DNA of 64,000 nucleotides from NCBI GenBank assembly GCA_024654535.1, contig JANLHL010000038.1:237299-301298 (forward strand), in the 5' to 3' direction. The notes under the pieces were generated by a model. It searched no databases and had not been told where the DNA came from. It was given only the letters and a program-made list of their open reading frames with translations. The translations under genes were made by a program, and so were the position numbers. This document shows, one piece after another, positions 10,643 to 20,339 of this stretch. Source of the DNA: Candidatus Roizmanbacteria bacterium. Lineage in GTDB: Bacteria > Patescibacteriota > Microgenomatia > UBA1406. The stretch's first letter is position 1; every line of letters begins with the position of its first letter.

Positions 10643-11731
10643 ATGCACTGCGCAATTGATGGTAATGAGGCAAACGTGGAACATAAAGTTGGGGTTTCGT
10701 GGTATGTCTATAAGTTACTCCAACAGTTTGCGAAAATTGCTTCAAAAAATGATTCGTTTACTATTTTTCTTAGAGAAAAACCTCGAGAAGATATGCCAGA
10801 GGAAAGCACTTACTTTCATTATGCAATAGTTCCAGGAAAAAATGTCTGGAGCCAAGTTTTCTTGCCGCTTGCTTTATATACTCAATATCGTACTATAGAC
10901 GTATTTTTTTCTCCGGCTCACTATGCTCCGCGGTTTTGTCCAGTACCGTTAGTGGTAGCATTACATGACTTATCTTATTTTTATTATCCCAGTGATTTTC
11001 TAAAGTCTGATCTTTATAAACTTGAACATTGGACTCGCTATAGTGTTAAACGTGCCACTCATGTTATAGCAGTTTCTCAAACGACAAAAAAGGATGCTAT
11101 ACGACAATATAATCTTAAGGATGACAAGATCACAGTAGTTCCCAATGGTTTTGAACCCCCCGGTATGCAGTTGACAACGTTACCTTCTTTCTCTCATTAT
11201 TTTGCCTATATTGGTACACTACAACCAAGAAAAAACCTTGAAACATTGTTGCATGCATTTTCAAACGTCCATGCGAAGTACCCACAGTATACATTACGAA
11301 TTATTGGTAAAAAAGGATGGATGTTTGATCATGTGTTTAGAATTATTGAATCTCTGAAATTAACAAATAGCGTATTATTTACTGGATATGTGGATGAGCA
11401 AGAGAAATATTCTGTTATTACAAATGCAACCGCACTCATAGTTCCTGGTTTATATGAAGGTTTTGGTTTGCCCATGCTTGAGGCATTTCATACAAAAACA
11501 CCCGTTATCGCTGCAAATTCGGGGGCGTTGCCAGAAATTGGTAAAGACGTAGCAACGTACTTTGAGCTAATTGATCATGTCGACTTATCTGAAAAAATGA
11601 TAGATGTTATAGAACATGGAAAAGTTAAAATACAGATAGCTCGCGCATATGAACTAGTCAAAGAATATACCTGGGAGCTCACTGCCAGACGAATACTTAC
11701 TATTCTAAAAAAAGCGACTTATTTTCATTAA
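10643..11731 (+). CDS. glycosyltransferase family 4 (MtfB-like)
   Basis: LHDL, IGTLQPRKN, YEGFGLPMLEA. Confidence 0.92.
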   Translation: MHCAIDGNEANVEHKVGVSWYVYKLLQQFAKIASKNDSFTIFLREKPREDMPEESTYFHYAIVPGKNVWSQVFLPLALYTQYRTIDVFFSPAHYAPRFCPVPLVVALHDLSYFYYPSDFLKSDLYKLEHWTRYSVKRATHVIAVSQTTKKDAIRQYNLKDDKITVVPNGFEPPGMQLTTLPSFSHYFAYIGTLQPRKNLETLLHAFSNVHAKYPQYTLRIIGKKGWMFDHVFRIIESLKLTNSVLFTGYVDEQEKYSVITNATALIVPGLYEGFGLPMLEAFHTKTPVIAANSGALPEIGKDVATYFELIDHVDLSEKMIDVIEHGKVKIQIARAYELVKEYTWELTARRILTILKKATYFH

Positions 11732-13158
11732 ACTAAAGCTTTCAAATCTATTTTTTTCAAATATTCTGTAAGGACTTTCTTTTTGTTTTCCAATTTTCCA
11801 ATTTCGATTTGTGTAAATAGCACGTCCAATATTTTACCCACTTTCGGACCTGGTTTCATATTGAGAAGACGCATTACATCATTACCATCTATTACTAAGT
11901 CACGTACGCCGAACGGCTGCATCTGTACTTGTATAAGTCTTTTTTTATACAAATCCAATCGCCATGAGCTAGGACTTGCTCCAGAACCAATTCGATCGGC
12001 AACGCGTAAATCTAATAGATCATTAATATTTTCTTTGCCTATATTTCGTACAAGTCTTCTTAATGCACTGTCTGTCTGATCTTCAGTTACACTAAATTGA
12101 TGATAGCGAACAAGTTTAGTAAGGCGGATTGTATCCTTTTTAGATAAGTGCATGCGAGATGCAATTTCATATGCCATTTGAGTCCCAATAATTTCATGGT
12201 TGTAAAAAGTTACAACTCCTTCTTTGGTAATTGATCTCGTCTTAGGTTTTCCGATGTCATGAATGAGAGTTGCCAAACGAACAATAGGATCAGTGTTGTT
12301 ACACGCTCTCAAACTTTTTATCAAATGGGTACCTACATCATATAAATGGTGACGCTTTGGACTTTTTTGGTCACACAAAAATGTGGGATAAAGTTCCGGA
12401 ACTATCGATTGCAATAAACCAGTGTCTTTTAGATGGAGCAATCCTTCCATGGCATTTTTTGAACTCAAAAGTGCAAAAAATTCATCACGAATACGCTCTG
12501 CACTAACGAATGATAGATTTTTTGCTTTAGATTGCAAAGCATCATATGTTTCTTTTTCAATTGTAAATTGCAGTTGAGATGCGAGTCGGACTGCTCGTAA
12601 CATTCTTAGCGCGTCTTCCTCAAAGCGTAATTGCGCATTATTGACGGCACGTAAACACTTCTTCTTCAAATCGTGAACGCCGTTATAAATATCGACAAAG
12701 CGTTTTCCATCGTAGGCGAGCGCATTCACTGTAAAATCCCGACGTGATAAATCTTCCTCGATACGAGTTCCCCATGTTACATTTTCTGGATGACGCTTAT
12801 CTTTGTAGAGCGATTCACTGCGATAGGTGGTTATTTCAAAATATTCATTTTCTAAATATTCACTTTTTTTTATATGTAGCGTATTTGCTGAATCTTTGAG
12901 AGGCACTATGACTGTTCCAAATTTATTTTCGTACTTTGCATTTGGCAGAAATGTCAGCATCTCTTGAGGTGTTGCATTGGTTGCGAAATCAAGCGCCTTG
13001 TTACTCGTTGATCTATTTAGTAACGTGTCACGAATAAATCCTCCAACTACATAGCATTCATAGCCATTTTTTTTAAAAAGTGTAATGCATCGGATTGCTT
13101 TGTCTGGAAGAAGCAAGCTAATTTTGTTACTATTGGATTGTATGAAATTTTCTATCAT
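11728..13158 (-). CDS. cca: CCA tRNA nucleotidyltransferase / poly(A) polymerase family with HD domain
   Basis: VVGGFIRD, LDFAT, EITTYR, RRDFTVNA, EDALRMLRAVR, HDIGK. Start uncertain (ATG 13194, ATG 13158 or TTG 13116). Confidence 0.88.
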   Translation of the reverse strand: MIENFIQSNSNKISLLLPDKAIRCITLFKKNGYECYVVGGFIRDTLLNRSTSNKALDFATNATPQEMLTFLPNAKYENKFGTVIVPLKDSANTLHIKKSEYLENEYFEITTYRSESLYKDKRHPENVTWGTRIEEDLSRRDFTVNALAYDGKRFVDIYNGVHDLKKKCLRAVNNAQLRFEEDALRMLRAVRLASQLQFTIEKETYDALQSKAKNLSFVSAERIRDEFFALLSSKNAMEGLLHLKDTGLLQSIVPELYPTFLCDQKSPKRHHLYDVGTHLIKSLRACNNTDPIVRLATLIHDIGKPKTRSITKEGVVTFYNHEIIGTQMAYEIASRMHLSKKDTIRLTKLVRYHQFSVTEDQTDSALRRLVRNIGKENINDLLDLRVADRIGSGASPSSWRLDLYKKRLIQVQMQPFGVRDLVIDGNDVMRLLNMKPGPKVGKILDVLFTQIEIGKLENKKKVLTEYLKKIDLKALV

Positions 13159-14824
13159 TAATACTATAACGTCTCTAACCAATTCTGAAATCATTATAGC
13201 ACGTATTCTTGCATCACGCGGTATTGGTAAAGACGCGTATGAATTGTTTTTAAAACCGCCATCTGTGAAAGATTTGGAAATAGCGGATATAGGGGTAGAT
13301 AGAAAGGAATATGTACATGCTAGTAAACGATTACTTGAGGCATATAAAAAAAGTGAATCAGTAGTAATTTATGCAGATTATGACGTTGATGGAGTAACTT
13401 CTGCATCCATTTTATGGCGTTTTTTTCATTTACTTGGTTTTTCTGTTATGCCATACACGCCAAACAGAAAAAAAGAAGGGTATGGGTTTTCACAAACAGG
13501 CATCGATTACGTACTTAAGAAGTACAATCCTACCCTTATCATTGCGGTAGATCATGGTGTTTCTGAGGAAAAATATATTGAGTATCTTAAAAAAAACAAT
13601 GTAGATACGATTGTGTTGGATCATCATATTCAAACAGCAGGATCTCCGAAAAGTGTTGATGCCCTCATATACACAAAGCAGGTAAGTGCCGCAGGTATTA
13701 GTTATTTTTTTGTGAAATCGTTATATAAAGAATTTGAAAAAATCATACAACTAACTGGTGAAAAATTAATAAAGATAAAACAGGAAATAGATATAGATTA
13801 CTTAGCTTTAGCTGGCATAGCCAGCTTGACAGATGTTATGCCACAGCACGGCATGGCTCGTGCGCTTGCGCATCATGGTTTACGTGCACTTCACAAGACG
13901 TCGCTCGTTGGTTTACGATATCTTCTACGTGAAGCAGGGATTGAGACAAAGACGACGTTTTCGTCGTACGATGCAGGATTTATAATTGGACCACGATTAA
14001 ACGCTGTTGGTAGAGTTTCGGATGCGTTGCAGGCGGTTCGGCTGTTATGCACCAATTCACCACAAAGCGCAATGCGTCTTGCAAAAACTGTAGAAATGGC
14101 TAATAAAGAGCGACAGAAGATGTTTGATATTCAGATGAAATTGGCATTAGAACAACTCGGAGATTCTTCAGAGAGGATTGGATTTATAACATCCCCTCAT
14201 TTTGAAGAAGGAATTGTTGGGTTGATAGCATCGAAATTAATGGAGAAACTGTATATCCCCATGCTCGTTGGTGTTGACAATGGACCAGAAATAAAAGGAT
14301 CTGCTCGATCAATTCAGGGGATAGATATTACAGAAATTTTGAAAAGGAACAACAAATTCCTCTTATCTTACGGAGGGCATGAGAAGGCGGCTGGATTTAC
14401 TTTGTTAAAAGAACATGTAGAAGATTTGAAAGCTGCGCTTGTTGCACGTATGGATGGTTTTGACGATGAGCTGTTTGAGCGTCTGATTCGCGTAGATATG
14501 GAGATGCCCTTGTCTAACATATCAGTACAATTAGGAACAGCGCTTGAAATGCTTGAGCCGTTTGGTGAACAAAATCGAGAGCCACTTTTTATGAGTAGAG
14601 ACGTTTCTATTATTCATCAAAAAAAAGTTGGTAAAACAGGGAAACATGTACAGCTTTTTCTGAAAGATACTGCAACAAGTAAAACGTATAAAGCCATATT
14701 TTTTAATGGTGATGAAAAGCTAGAAAGCATTCATGATTTTACTTCTGTTTCAGTCGTTTATACTATTGGTATCGATCGTTGGGCAGAAGAAAAGTGTGTT
14801 TTGAAAATTGTGCACATTCAATAG
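13142..14824 (+). CDS. recJ: single-stranded-DNA exonuclease RecJ
   Basis: YADYDVDG, VDHG, LDHH, GPRLNAVGR, GSARS, GGHEKAAG, LEPFG. Start set at MKFSII. Confidence 0.93.
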   Translation: MKFSIINTITSLTNSEIIIARILASRGIGKDAYELFLKPPSVKDLEIADIGVDRKEYVHASKRLLEAYKKSESVVIYADYDVDGVTSASILWRFFHLLGFSVMPYTPNRKKEGYGFSQTGIDYVLKKYNPTLIIAVDHGVSEEKYIEYLKKNNVDTIVLDHHIQTAGSPKSVDALIYTKQVSAAGISYFFVKSLYKEFEKIIQLTGEKLIKIKQEIDIDYLALAGIASLTDVMPQHGMARALAHHGLRALHKTSLVGLRYLLREAGIETKTTFSSYDAGFIIGPRLNAVGRVSDALQAVRLLCTNSPQSAMRLAKTVEMANKERQKMFDIQMKLALEQLGDSSERIGFITSPHFEEGIVGLIASKLMEKLYIPMLVGVDNGPEIKGSARSIQGIDITEILKRNNKFLLSYGGHEKAAGFTLLKEHVEDLKAALVARMDGFDDELFERLIRVDMEMPLSNISVQLGTALEMLEPFGEQNREPLFMSRDVSIIHQKKVGKTGKHVQLFLKDTATSKTYKAIFFNGDEKLESIHDFTSVSVVYTIGIDRWAEEKCVLKIVHIQ

Positions 14825-14911
14825 TGAGTTTTTATTCTTTTTTCTTATAACATATTCGACTTTTCTCATTAGTGGATGAGTCTGTTCCTGTCTCGGAGAA
14901 ATTGAGATAAG

Positions 14912-14939
14912 TTGACAGTTTTTCTTACGCATGTATACT
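14912..14939 (+). promoter_or_regulatory. sigma70 promoter TTGACA-16-TATACT
   Basis: ttgacagtttttcttacgcatgtatact. Confidence 0.55.
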
Positions 14940-14969
14940 GTATGTACAATAAAGTGTTGTAGGAGATAG

Positions 14970-14998
14970 TTGCGAAGTGTGACAAATTGTTATATAAT
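14970..14998 (+). promoter_or_regulatory. sigma70 promoter TTGCGA-17-TATAAT
   Basis: ttgcgaagtgtgacaaattgttatataat. Confidence 0.5.
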
Positions 14999-15091
14999 AC
15001 ATACTTAATATGCCAAATTTCTGTGAGGAAAAAAATTCTGCGTTTTGCGCATTTGTCATACTCACTGAAATGAGACAAGTCTTAAGTATAC

Positions 15092-15114
15092 AACCCCAGA
15101 ATTGGGGTTTTTTT
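15092..15114 (+). terminator. intrinsic terminator upstream of pyrH
   Basis: AACCCCA-gaat-TGGGGTT followed by a T tract. Confidence 0.75.
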
Positions 15115-15131
15115 AATGGTTTGCACACGCT

Positions 15132-16451
15132 ATGGAGCCGATAGTACTCTCAGTAGGGGGATCTTTGATAGTGCCAAATGGAGGAATCAATATTTCATTT
15201 CTTATTAAACTTAATACGTTTATTCGTAAAAACGTCGCAAAGAAGCGACGTTTTTTTATTGTTGCGGGAGGGGGTAGTACTGCTCGGGAATATATAGATG
15301 CAGGTCGTGAAGTCATAAAGAAAATTCCAAATGAAGATTTAGATTGGCTAGGTATTCATTCGACACATCTTAATGCACATTTATTGAGAACGATATTTAG
15401 AGATATATCGCATTCTCGAATCGTCGAGAATTACGATAAAAAAATTAGAAACTTAAAAGAGCCCGTGGTTATTGGCGGAGGATGGAAACCAGGTTGGTCG
15501 ACAGACTATGATGCCGTACTTTTTTCTCGTGACTATGGTGCAAATCTCATCATAAATCTTTCTAATATTTATTATGTATATAATAAGGACCCAAGAAAAT
15601 TCAAGGACGCTATCCGAATTGAAAAAACAACCTGGAGCTATTTTGAGACACTTGTTGGAAGTAAATGGGTCCCTGGTTTATCTGCACCTTTTGACCCAAT
15701 CGCTGCACAATTAGCGAAAGATTTGAGATTGACGGTCATCGTTACAAAGGGTGATGATTTTAGAAATTTGCAGAGAGTATTAGACGGTGAATCGTTTAAA
15801 GGTTCAGTGATTACACCATACCAAGTTTCTGGAGCCTATTATGACAGGCCATATTACTTAGGAGAAAAAGGAGAATATAATTATTTGTATGCAAATCGTA
15901 CAACTGCAAACATTTTGCAAAGTACGGCCAACTGGTATAGAGCGCTCTATATAAAATTGCAGTTTAAACCAAAAAAGGTTTTAGATATAGGGTGTGGAAA
16001 GGGTGAGTTGGTTCAATGTTTGCGTTCACTTGGAATCGATGCGAGAGGAGTGGATATTTCCGGGGAAGCATTAGAACTCGCTTCAGATAAGGTAAGGCCT
16101 TATTTAGTGCAAGGCGATATTTCTAATTTGCCTTTTAAGGATGATGAATTTGATATGGTAGTGTCATTTGATGTAATGGAGCACCTTGAGCGATCACTCT
16201 TAAAAAAAGCAATAAAAGAAACAGTTCGCGTATCTTCAAAACATATACTTCATAAAATATATACAAAAGAAAATTCGTTCATTAATTACTTACATGGTTC
16301 AGATCACAGTCATTTATCTGTATTTCACTCTAGTTTTTGGGAAGAATTATTTACCTCCTTACCTAATATTACTATGGCTCGTAAATTTTACCAGCTTCCT
16401 GATTTTTTTGAGTCAGTATTCTTTCTGAAAAAAAATTTAGTGCATGCTTAA
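15132..16451 (+). CDS. pyrH: archaeal-type UMP kinase fused to a C-terminal class I SAM methyltransferase
   Basis: N-terminal half: LSVGGSL, AGGGSTAREYI, PGWSTDYDA, PFDPIAA. C-terminal half: VLDIGCGKG, GVDIS, LPFKDDEFD, DVMEHL. Confidence 0.88.
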   Translation: MEPIVLSVGGSLIVPNGGINISFLIKLNTFIRKNVAKKRRFFIVAGGGSTAREYIDAGREVIKKIPNEDLDWLGIHSTHLNAHLLRTIFRDISHSRIVENYDKKIRNLKEPVVIGGGWKPGWSTDYDAVLFSRDYGANLIINLSNIYYVYNKDPRKFKDAIRIEKTTWSYFETLVGSKWVPGLSAPFDPIAAQLAKDLRLTVIVTKGDDFRNLQRVLDGESFKGSVITPYQVSGAYYDRPYYLGEKGEYNYLYANRTTANILQSTANWYRALYIKLQFKPKKVLDIGCGKGELVQCLRSLGIDARGVDISGEALELASDKVRPYLVQGDISNLPFKDDEFDMVVSFDVMEHLERSLLKKAIKETVRVSSKHILHKIYTKENSFINYLHGSDHSHLSVFHSSFWEELFTSLPNITMARKFYQLPDFFESVFFLKKNLVHA

Positions 16452-17487
16452 GGAAATTACTGTAACACATTTTCGAAATATATCAGAATCAAAGACTTAC
16501 TCTTGTGGCTTCTGTACGCTTATTCATGGACCAAATGCGAGTGGTAAAACGAACTTGTTAGAAGCAATCTATGTACTTAATTATGCGCATGGTTTTCGAA
16601 GTTCTGACGTTCGCGATCTATTTTCGTATGACGCTGACGACTTTTCAGTTACGGGAGAGTTTCATAACGAAGGTAATGAACAGAAATATAAAGTATATAT
16701 AAAAAATGGTATTTCCTTGGAAAAAGCCTATTTTATTAATGGAGCTAAAAGAACTTTAAGAGAGTTTCAAAGTCGCTCGACACCAATAGTATTGTTTCAA
16801 CCGAGCGATCTATTACTCGTAACAGGCACTCCAAGTATAAGACGTAGTTATATCGATGTGCTATTAATTCATACAGATCCTGAATATAAGCAGGCTAAAA
16901 TCAATTATGATCACGGGCTTTATAAAAGAAACAAACTGCTTCTACATATGAGAAATGGTAATTTTGCGGAAGTTATTGATTTTTGGGATACATTCCTTCA
17001 GACGAACGCTAGTATACTACACAAAAAACGAGCAGCAATTGTTGAATATTTCAATGCACATGCGAAGTTTGAAGGAATGTATTTCAATATTGGGTATGAA
17101 CAAAATGTTTACACAAAAAAACGTTCTTTAGAGCTGAGAGATACGGATGTGCGCGTTGGTCGTACTTCTTTTGGCCCACAGCTGGATGAATTTATCTTAC
17201 TTAAGAAGTACGGGAGTATATTTCGAAAGCTTTCATCGTATGGTTCTCGAAGCGAACAACGTTTGGGAGTCTTGTGGTTGAAGCGTACAGAACTATTGTA
17301 TTTAGTAGATGTCTTAGGTGTCTCGCCACTGCTTATGCTCGATGATGTTTTTTCTGAATTGGATGAGGAGAACAGTAAGCGCATAGTAACTATTGCACAC
17401 GAATATCAGACTTTTATGACAACTGCTCATTTAGATATGTTGAAGCACATTACGTATCCACTGACAAAGATAGAACTTGGCAAATAG
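16444..17487 (+). CDS. recF: DNA replication and repair protein RecF
   Basis: HFRN, GPNASGKTNLLEAIY, FGPQLDE, GSRSEQR, LMLDDVFSELD. Confidence 0.92.
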   Translation: MLKEITVTHFRNISESKTYSCGFCTLIHGPNASGKTNLLEAIYVLNYAHGFRSSDVRDLFSYDADDFSVTGEFHNEGNEQKYKVYIKNGISLEKAYFINGAKRTLREFQSRSTPIVLFQPSDLLLVTGTPSIRRSYIDVLLIHTDPEYKQAKINYDHGLYKRNKLLLHMRNGNFAEVIDFWDTFLQTNASILHKKRAAIVEYFNAHAKFEGMYFNIGYEQNVYTKKRSLELRDTDVRVGRTSFGPQLDEFILLKKYGSIFRKLSSYGSRSEQRLGVLWLKRTELLYLVDVLGVSPLLMLDDVFSELDEENSKRIVTIAHEYQTFMTTAHLDMLKHITYPLTKIELGK

Positions 17488-17488
17488 G

Positions 17489-18598
17489 TTACAGTAAATC
17501 TTTTAGTTTTTTTGCACGAGAAGGGTGTTTTAGTTTGCGAACGGCCTTAGCCTCTATTTGTCGTATTCGTTCGCGAGTCACATTAAATTGGCGGCCAACT
17601 TCTTCTAATGTCCTGGGTTTGCCATCTTCAAGGCCATACCGCAATACTAATACTCTTCTTTCTCGTGGTGTCAATGTATCGAGAACTTCAAAAAGATATT
17701 CCTTGATGAACTTGTTACTTACATTGTCGTAAATGCTGCTTTGATTTGGGTCTTTTATAAAATCCTCAAGAGTTGCATCTTCTTCATCATTAATAGCGGT
17801 AGAAAGTGATGTTGTTCGTTGTGAAATTTTGAATAAATTTTTGACGTCATCCTTTGACATGACAAGCTCTTCTGAAAGCTCATCGATCGATGGGGTTCTA
17901 TTATACTGTTGCATAAGCTTTCGTTGTGCTTTATAAAGTTTGTTGATATTTTCAACCATGTGAACGGGAATGCGGATTGTTCGTGATTGATCTGCGATAG
18001 CGCGGGTAATAGCTTGTCTAATCCACCACGTTGCGTAAGTTGAGAATTTGTATCCTCGTCTCCAATCATATTTTTCAACTGCCTTCATGAGTCCTTGATT
18101 TCCTTCTTGTATGAGGTCTAAAAATGATAAGCCTCGGCCAATATGTTTTTTTGCTACCGATACGACAAGTCGTAGGTTTGAAACGATAAGTCGTTCTCGA
18201 GATTCTTCTTCACCTTTCTCATATCCTTTTGCTAAAGAAATTTCTTCAGCAAAGGTAAGGAGCTTGTGCATACCTATTTCCTTGAGGTACATTTTGATAG
18301 GGTCTAGGGATTCACCCTTATTCAACGTAATCATATTTTCCAACTCGCGTTCTATCTCTTCAGTCGTTTTATTTGCTTCTTTCTCTTCTCGTGTTGAAAC
18401 GTTTTCAAAAACATCTATTTTATGTGTCAATAAATAATCAAATAGTAAATCAAGCTCTTCAACTTTTTTTTCAGGCAATTTATAGACAGATAGAATATCG
18501 TCGAGGATAATAAATCCTGTATCGTTTGCCTCTTTCACAATTTTCTGTATCTGTTTGGGAAATTGGGCTATATTTGTAGTTTCTATTTTTTTTGGCAT
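17489..18598 (-). CDS. rpoD: RNA polymerase primary sigma factor
   Basis: [69 protein letters not shown]. Confidence 0.97.
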   Translation of the reverse strand: MPKKIETTNIAQFPKQIQKIVKEANDTGFIILDDILSVYKLPEKKVEELDLLFDYLLTHKIDVFENVSTREEKEANKTTEEIERELENMITLNKGESLDPIKMYLKEIGMHKLLTFAEEISLAKGYEKGEEESRERLIVSNLRLVVSVAKKHIGRGLSFLDLIQEGNQGLMKAVEKYDWRRGYKFSTYATWWIRQAITRAIADQSRTIRIPVHMVENINKLYKAQRKLMQQYNRTPSIDELSEELVMSKDDVKNLFKISQRTTSLSTAINDEEDATLEDFIKDPNQSSIYDNVSNKFIKEYLFEVLDTLTPRERRVLVLRYGLEDGKPRTLEEVGRQFNVTRERIRQIEAKAVRKLKHPSRAKKLKDLL

Positions 18599-18611
18599 GA
18601 ATAGAGCAATT

Positions 18612-20339
18612 CTACACTATAGAGAGGGATTTTTCTACTCTAGAAAGCTCTTTTATGTAAGAATCAATATTCGGTTCATCTTTGAGCTGTATTTTTCTCT
18701 TTAAAAATAGCCGTTTTATTTGGAGTATTGTTTTTATTATTTCCTTTTTTTCTTGTTTTCTCTCTTTGTGTTCAGGGAGTAAGAGTAAAAAACAGCGGTT
18801 AAAATAGTCTATAAGCTCTGAGGGTATATTTTCAGCAATAGGTAGTGTATTAACTCGTGTACATGGTAGTAACAGACGTATAAGCCGCGTACTTGCAGAA
18901 AGATAAAGCATATCTTGAATATTTTCTTGCTCAATCATTTCTGATATTTCAGTCTTGTTGTCACGTTGAATAAGTAGAGCCAAGAGGTATTCATCGAGCA
19001 TTTCTTCCTTCTTTCTTTTTTTGGGAATTTCAGTTACGGGTCCAACAATATTTGCTTTTCGCTTCTGCGTGAAGGTTCGAATGCTATCGCGAATAGCCGA
19101 AATATCAGTATCTGTTTTTGATGCAAGACGCTTAATAAAAAAATCAAAGATAACAGGATTATTGATGGAAGACAAGAATGGAATAATTTCGTCTATTATA
19201 GCTTTTCTTCCATAGAGCGTTGTAACATCAAATTTTGCTAATACCATACGGAGAAGGAAATCATAAATTGTCTCTTTATGTTTATAAGCTTGTTTGAATT
19301 CATACGGATGAAGTAAAAATGTATCAGCGGGGTCTTTTCCTGACAATGGCGCAAGTACATAGAGGGCTTTCTGTGTTTCTTCTGCAAGACTGATTCCTCT
19401 TTTTATTGCTTCTGTGCCTGCTTTATCCATATCAAGCGCAAACACGAGTGTGTCAACAATCCTACCTAAGAGTCGTAGCTGTTCTGTGGTAAGCGCGGAG
19501 CCCTTTATCGCAACGGCGTTTGTAAATCCTTCACGATGGGCGAGTATTACATCAAATTCTCCTTCCATGAGTATGGCTTCCTTTGATTTTCGTATACTTT
19601 CTATTGCTCGATCAATGCCAAAGAGTGTTTCGCGTTTATGGTAGAGGATAGTTTCTGGAGTATTTATGTACTTTGCTCCTTTATCTGATGATTCCAGTAT
19701 GCGCCCAGAAAAACCTAAGATATGACCCCTCATATCCTTGAGAGGAAACATTATGCGTCCTCGGAAGCGATCGTACACTCCTTGTTTCCCCTGCACAACT
19801 AGACCTGTTTCAACTATTGTATTCTCTGCTACTTTTTTCTTTATTAGGTAGGTATGCAATGAGCGCCAAGAGTCTGGAGCATAACCAATTTGGAATTGTG
19901 CAATAAGCCCTTGATTAAGTCCGCGCGAAAGTAAGTACTCGAGTGCTTTTTTTCCTATTTTGTGTTCCGTGAGAATATAGTGAAAAAATTCTGCAGCACG
20001 GTTATTAACAGAAAATAATTTTTCTTTTTCTTTCCAGGAATCATCGGAAATAGTTGTAGTATCAAGCTTTACGCCAGTAAGTTGTGCCAGATTTGAGAGC
20101 GCTTCTACGAAGCTGATACCTTCGAGTTTCATAACAAAAGAGATTACGTCTCCACCTTCTGCGCACGCACCAAAACAATGCCAAATCTGTCTATCTGGAG
20201 ATACAACAAATGAGGGTGTTTTTTCTGCGTGAAATGGACACAAACCCTGAAAATTACGACCAGTATTTTTGAGGCTAACATAGGTCCCGATGTATTCGAC
20301 TATGTCTATTCTTTTTTTTATTTCGTCAACTTGGCTCAT
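18612..20339 (-). CDS. dnaG: DNA primase
   Basis: [16 protein letters not shown] zinc finger, [29 protein letters not shown]. Start at MSQVDEIK. Confidence 0.96.
   Translation of the reverse strand: MSQVDEIKKRIDIVEYIGTYVSLKNTGRNFQGLCPFHAEKTPSFVVSPDRQIWHCFGACAEGGDVISFVMKLEGISFVEALSNLAQLTGVKLDTTTISDDSWKEKEKLFSVNNRAAEFFHYILTEHKIGKKALEYLLSRGLNQGLIAQFQIGYAPDSWRSLHTYLIKKKVAENTIVETGLVVQGKQGVYDRFRGRIMFPLKDMRGHILGFSGRILESSDKGAKYINTPETILYHKRETLFGIDRAIESIRKSKEAILMEGEFDVILAHREGFTNAVAIKGSALTTEQLRLLGRIVDTLVFALDMDKAGTEAIKRGISLAEETQKALYVLAPLSGKDPADTFLLHPYEFKQAYKHKETIYDFLLRMVLAKFDVTTLYGRKAIIDEIIPFLSSINNPVIFDFFIKRLASKTDTDISAIRDSIRTFTQKRKANIVGPVTEIPKKRKKEEMLDEYLLALLIQRDNKTEISEMIEQENIQDMLYLSASTRLIRLLLPCTRVNTLPIAENIPSELIDYFNRCFLLLLPEHKERKQEKKEIIKTILQIKRLFLKRKIQLKDEPNIDSYIKELSRVEKSLSIV

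Larger units (their letters stand above)
14946..15114 (+). ncRNA. candidate structured RNA or attenuator leader upstream of pyrH
   Basis: Lies between a promoter and a terminator; 12-bp stem 14976-14987/15051-15062 and outer pairing 14956-14961/15089-15094. Confidence 0.35.

Noticed and set aside
14750-15128. Three minus-strand ORFs of 60-69 aa in the recJ-pyrH gap
   Set aside because: Mutually overlapping with no motifs; the promoter and terminator signals point to the plus strand.
14825-15131. oriC, RNase P RNA, tmRNA or SRP RNA
   Set aside because: No TTATCCACA box cluster, no GAGGAAAGTCC, no tRNA-like ends and no SRP domain IV motif seen.
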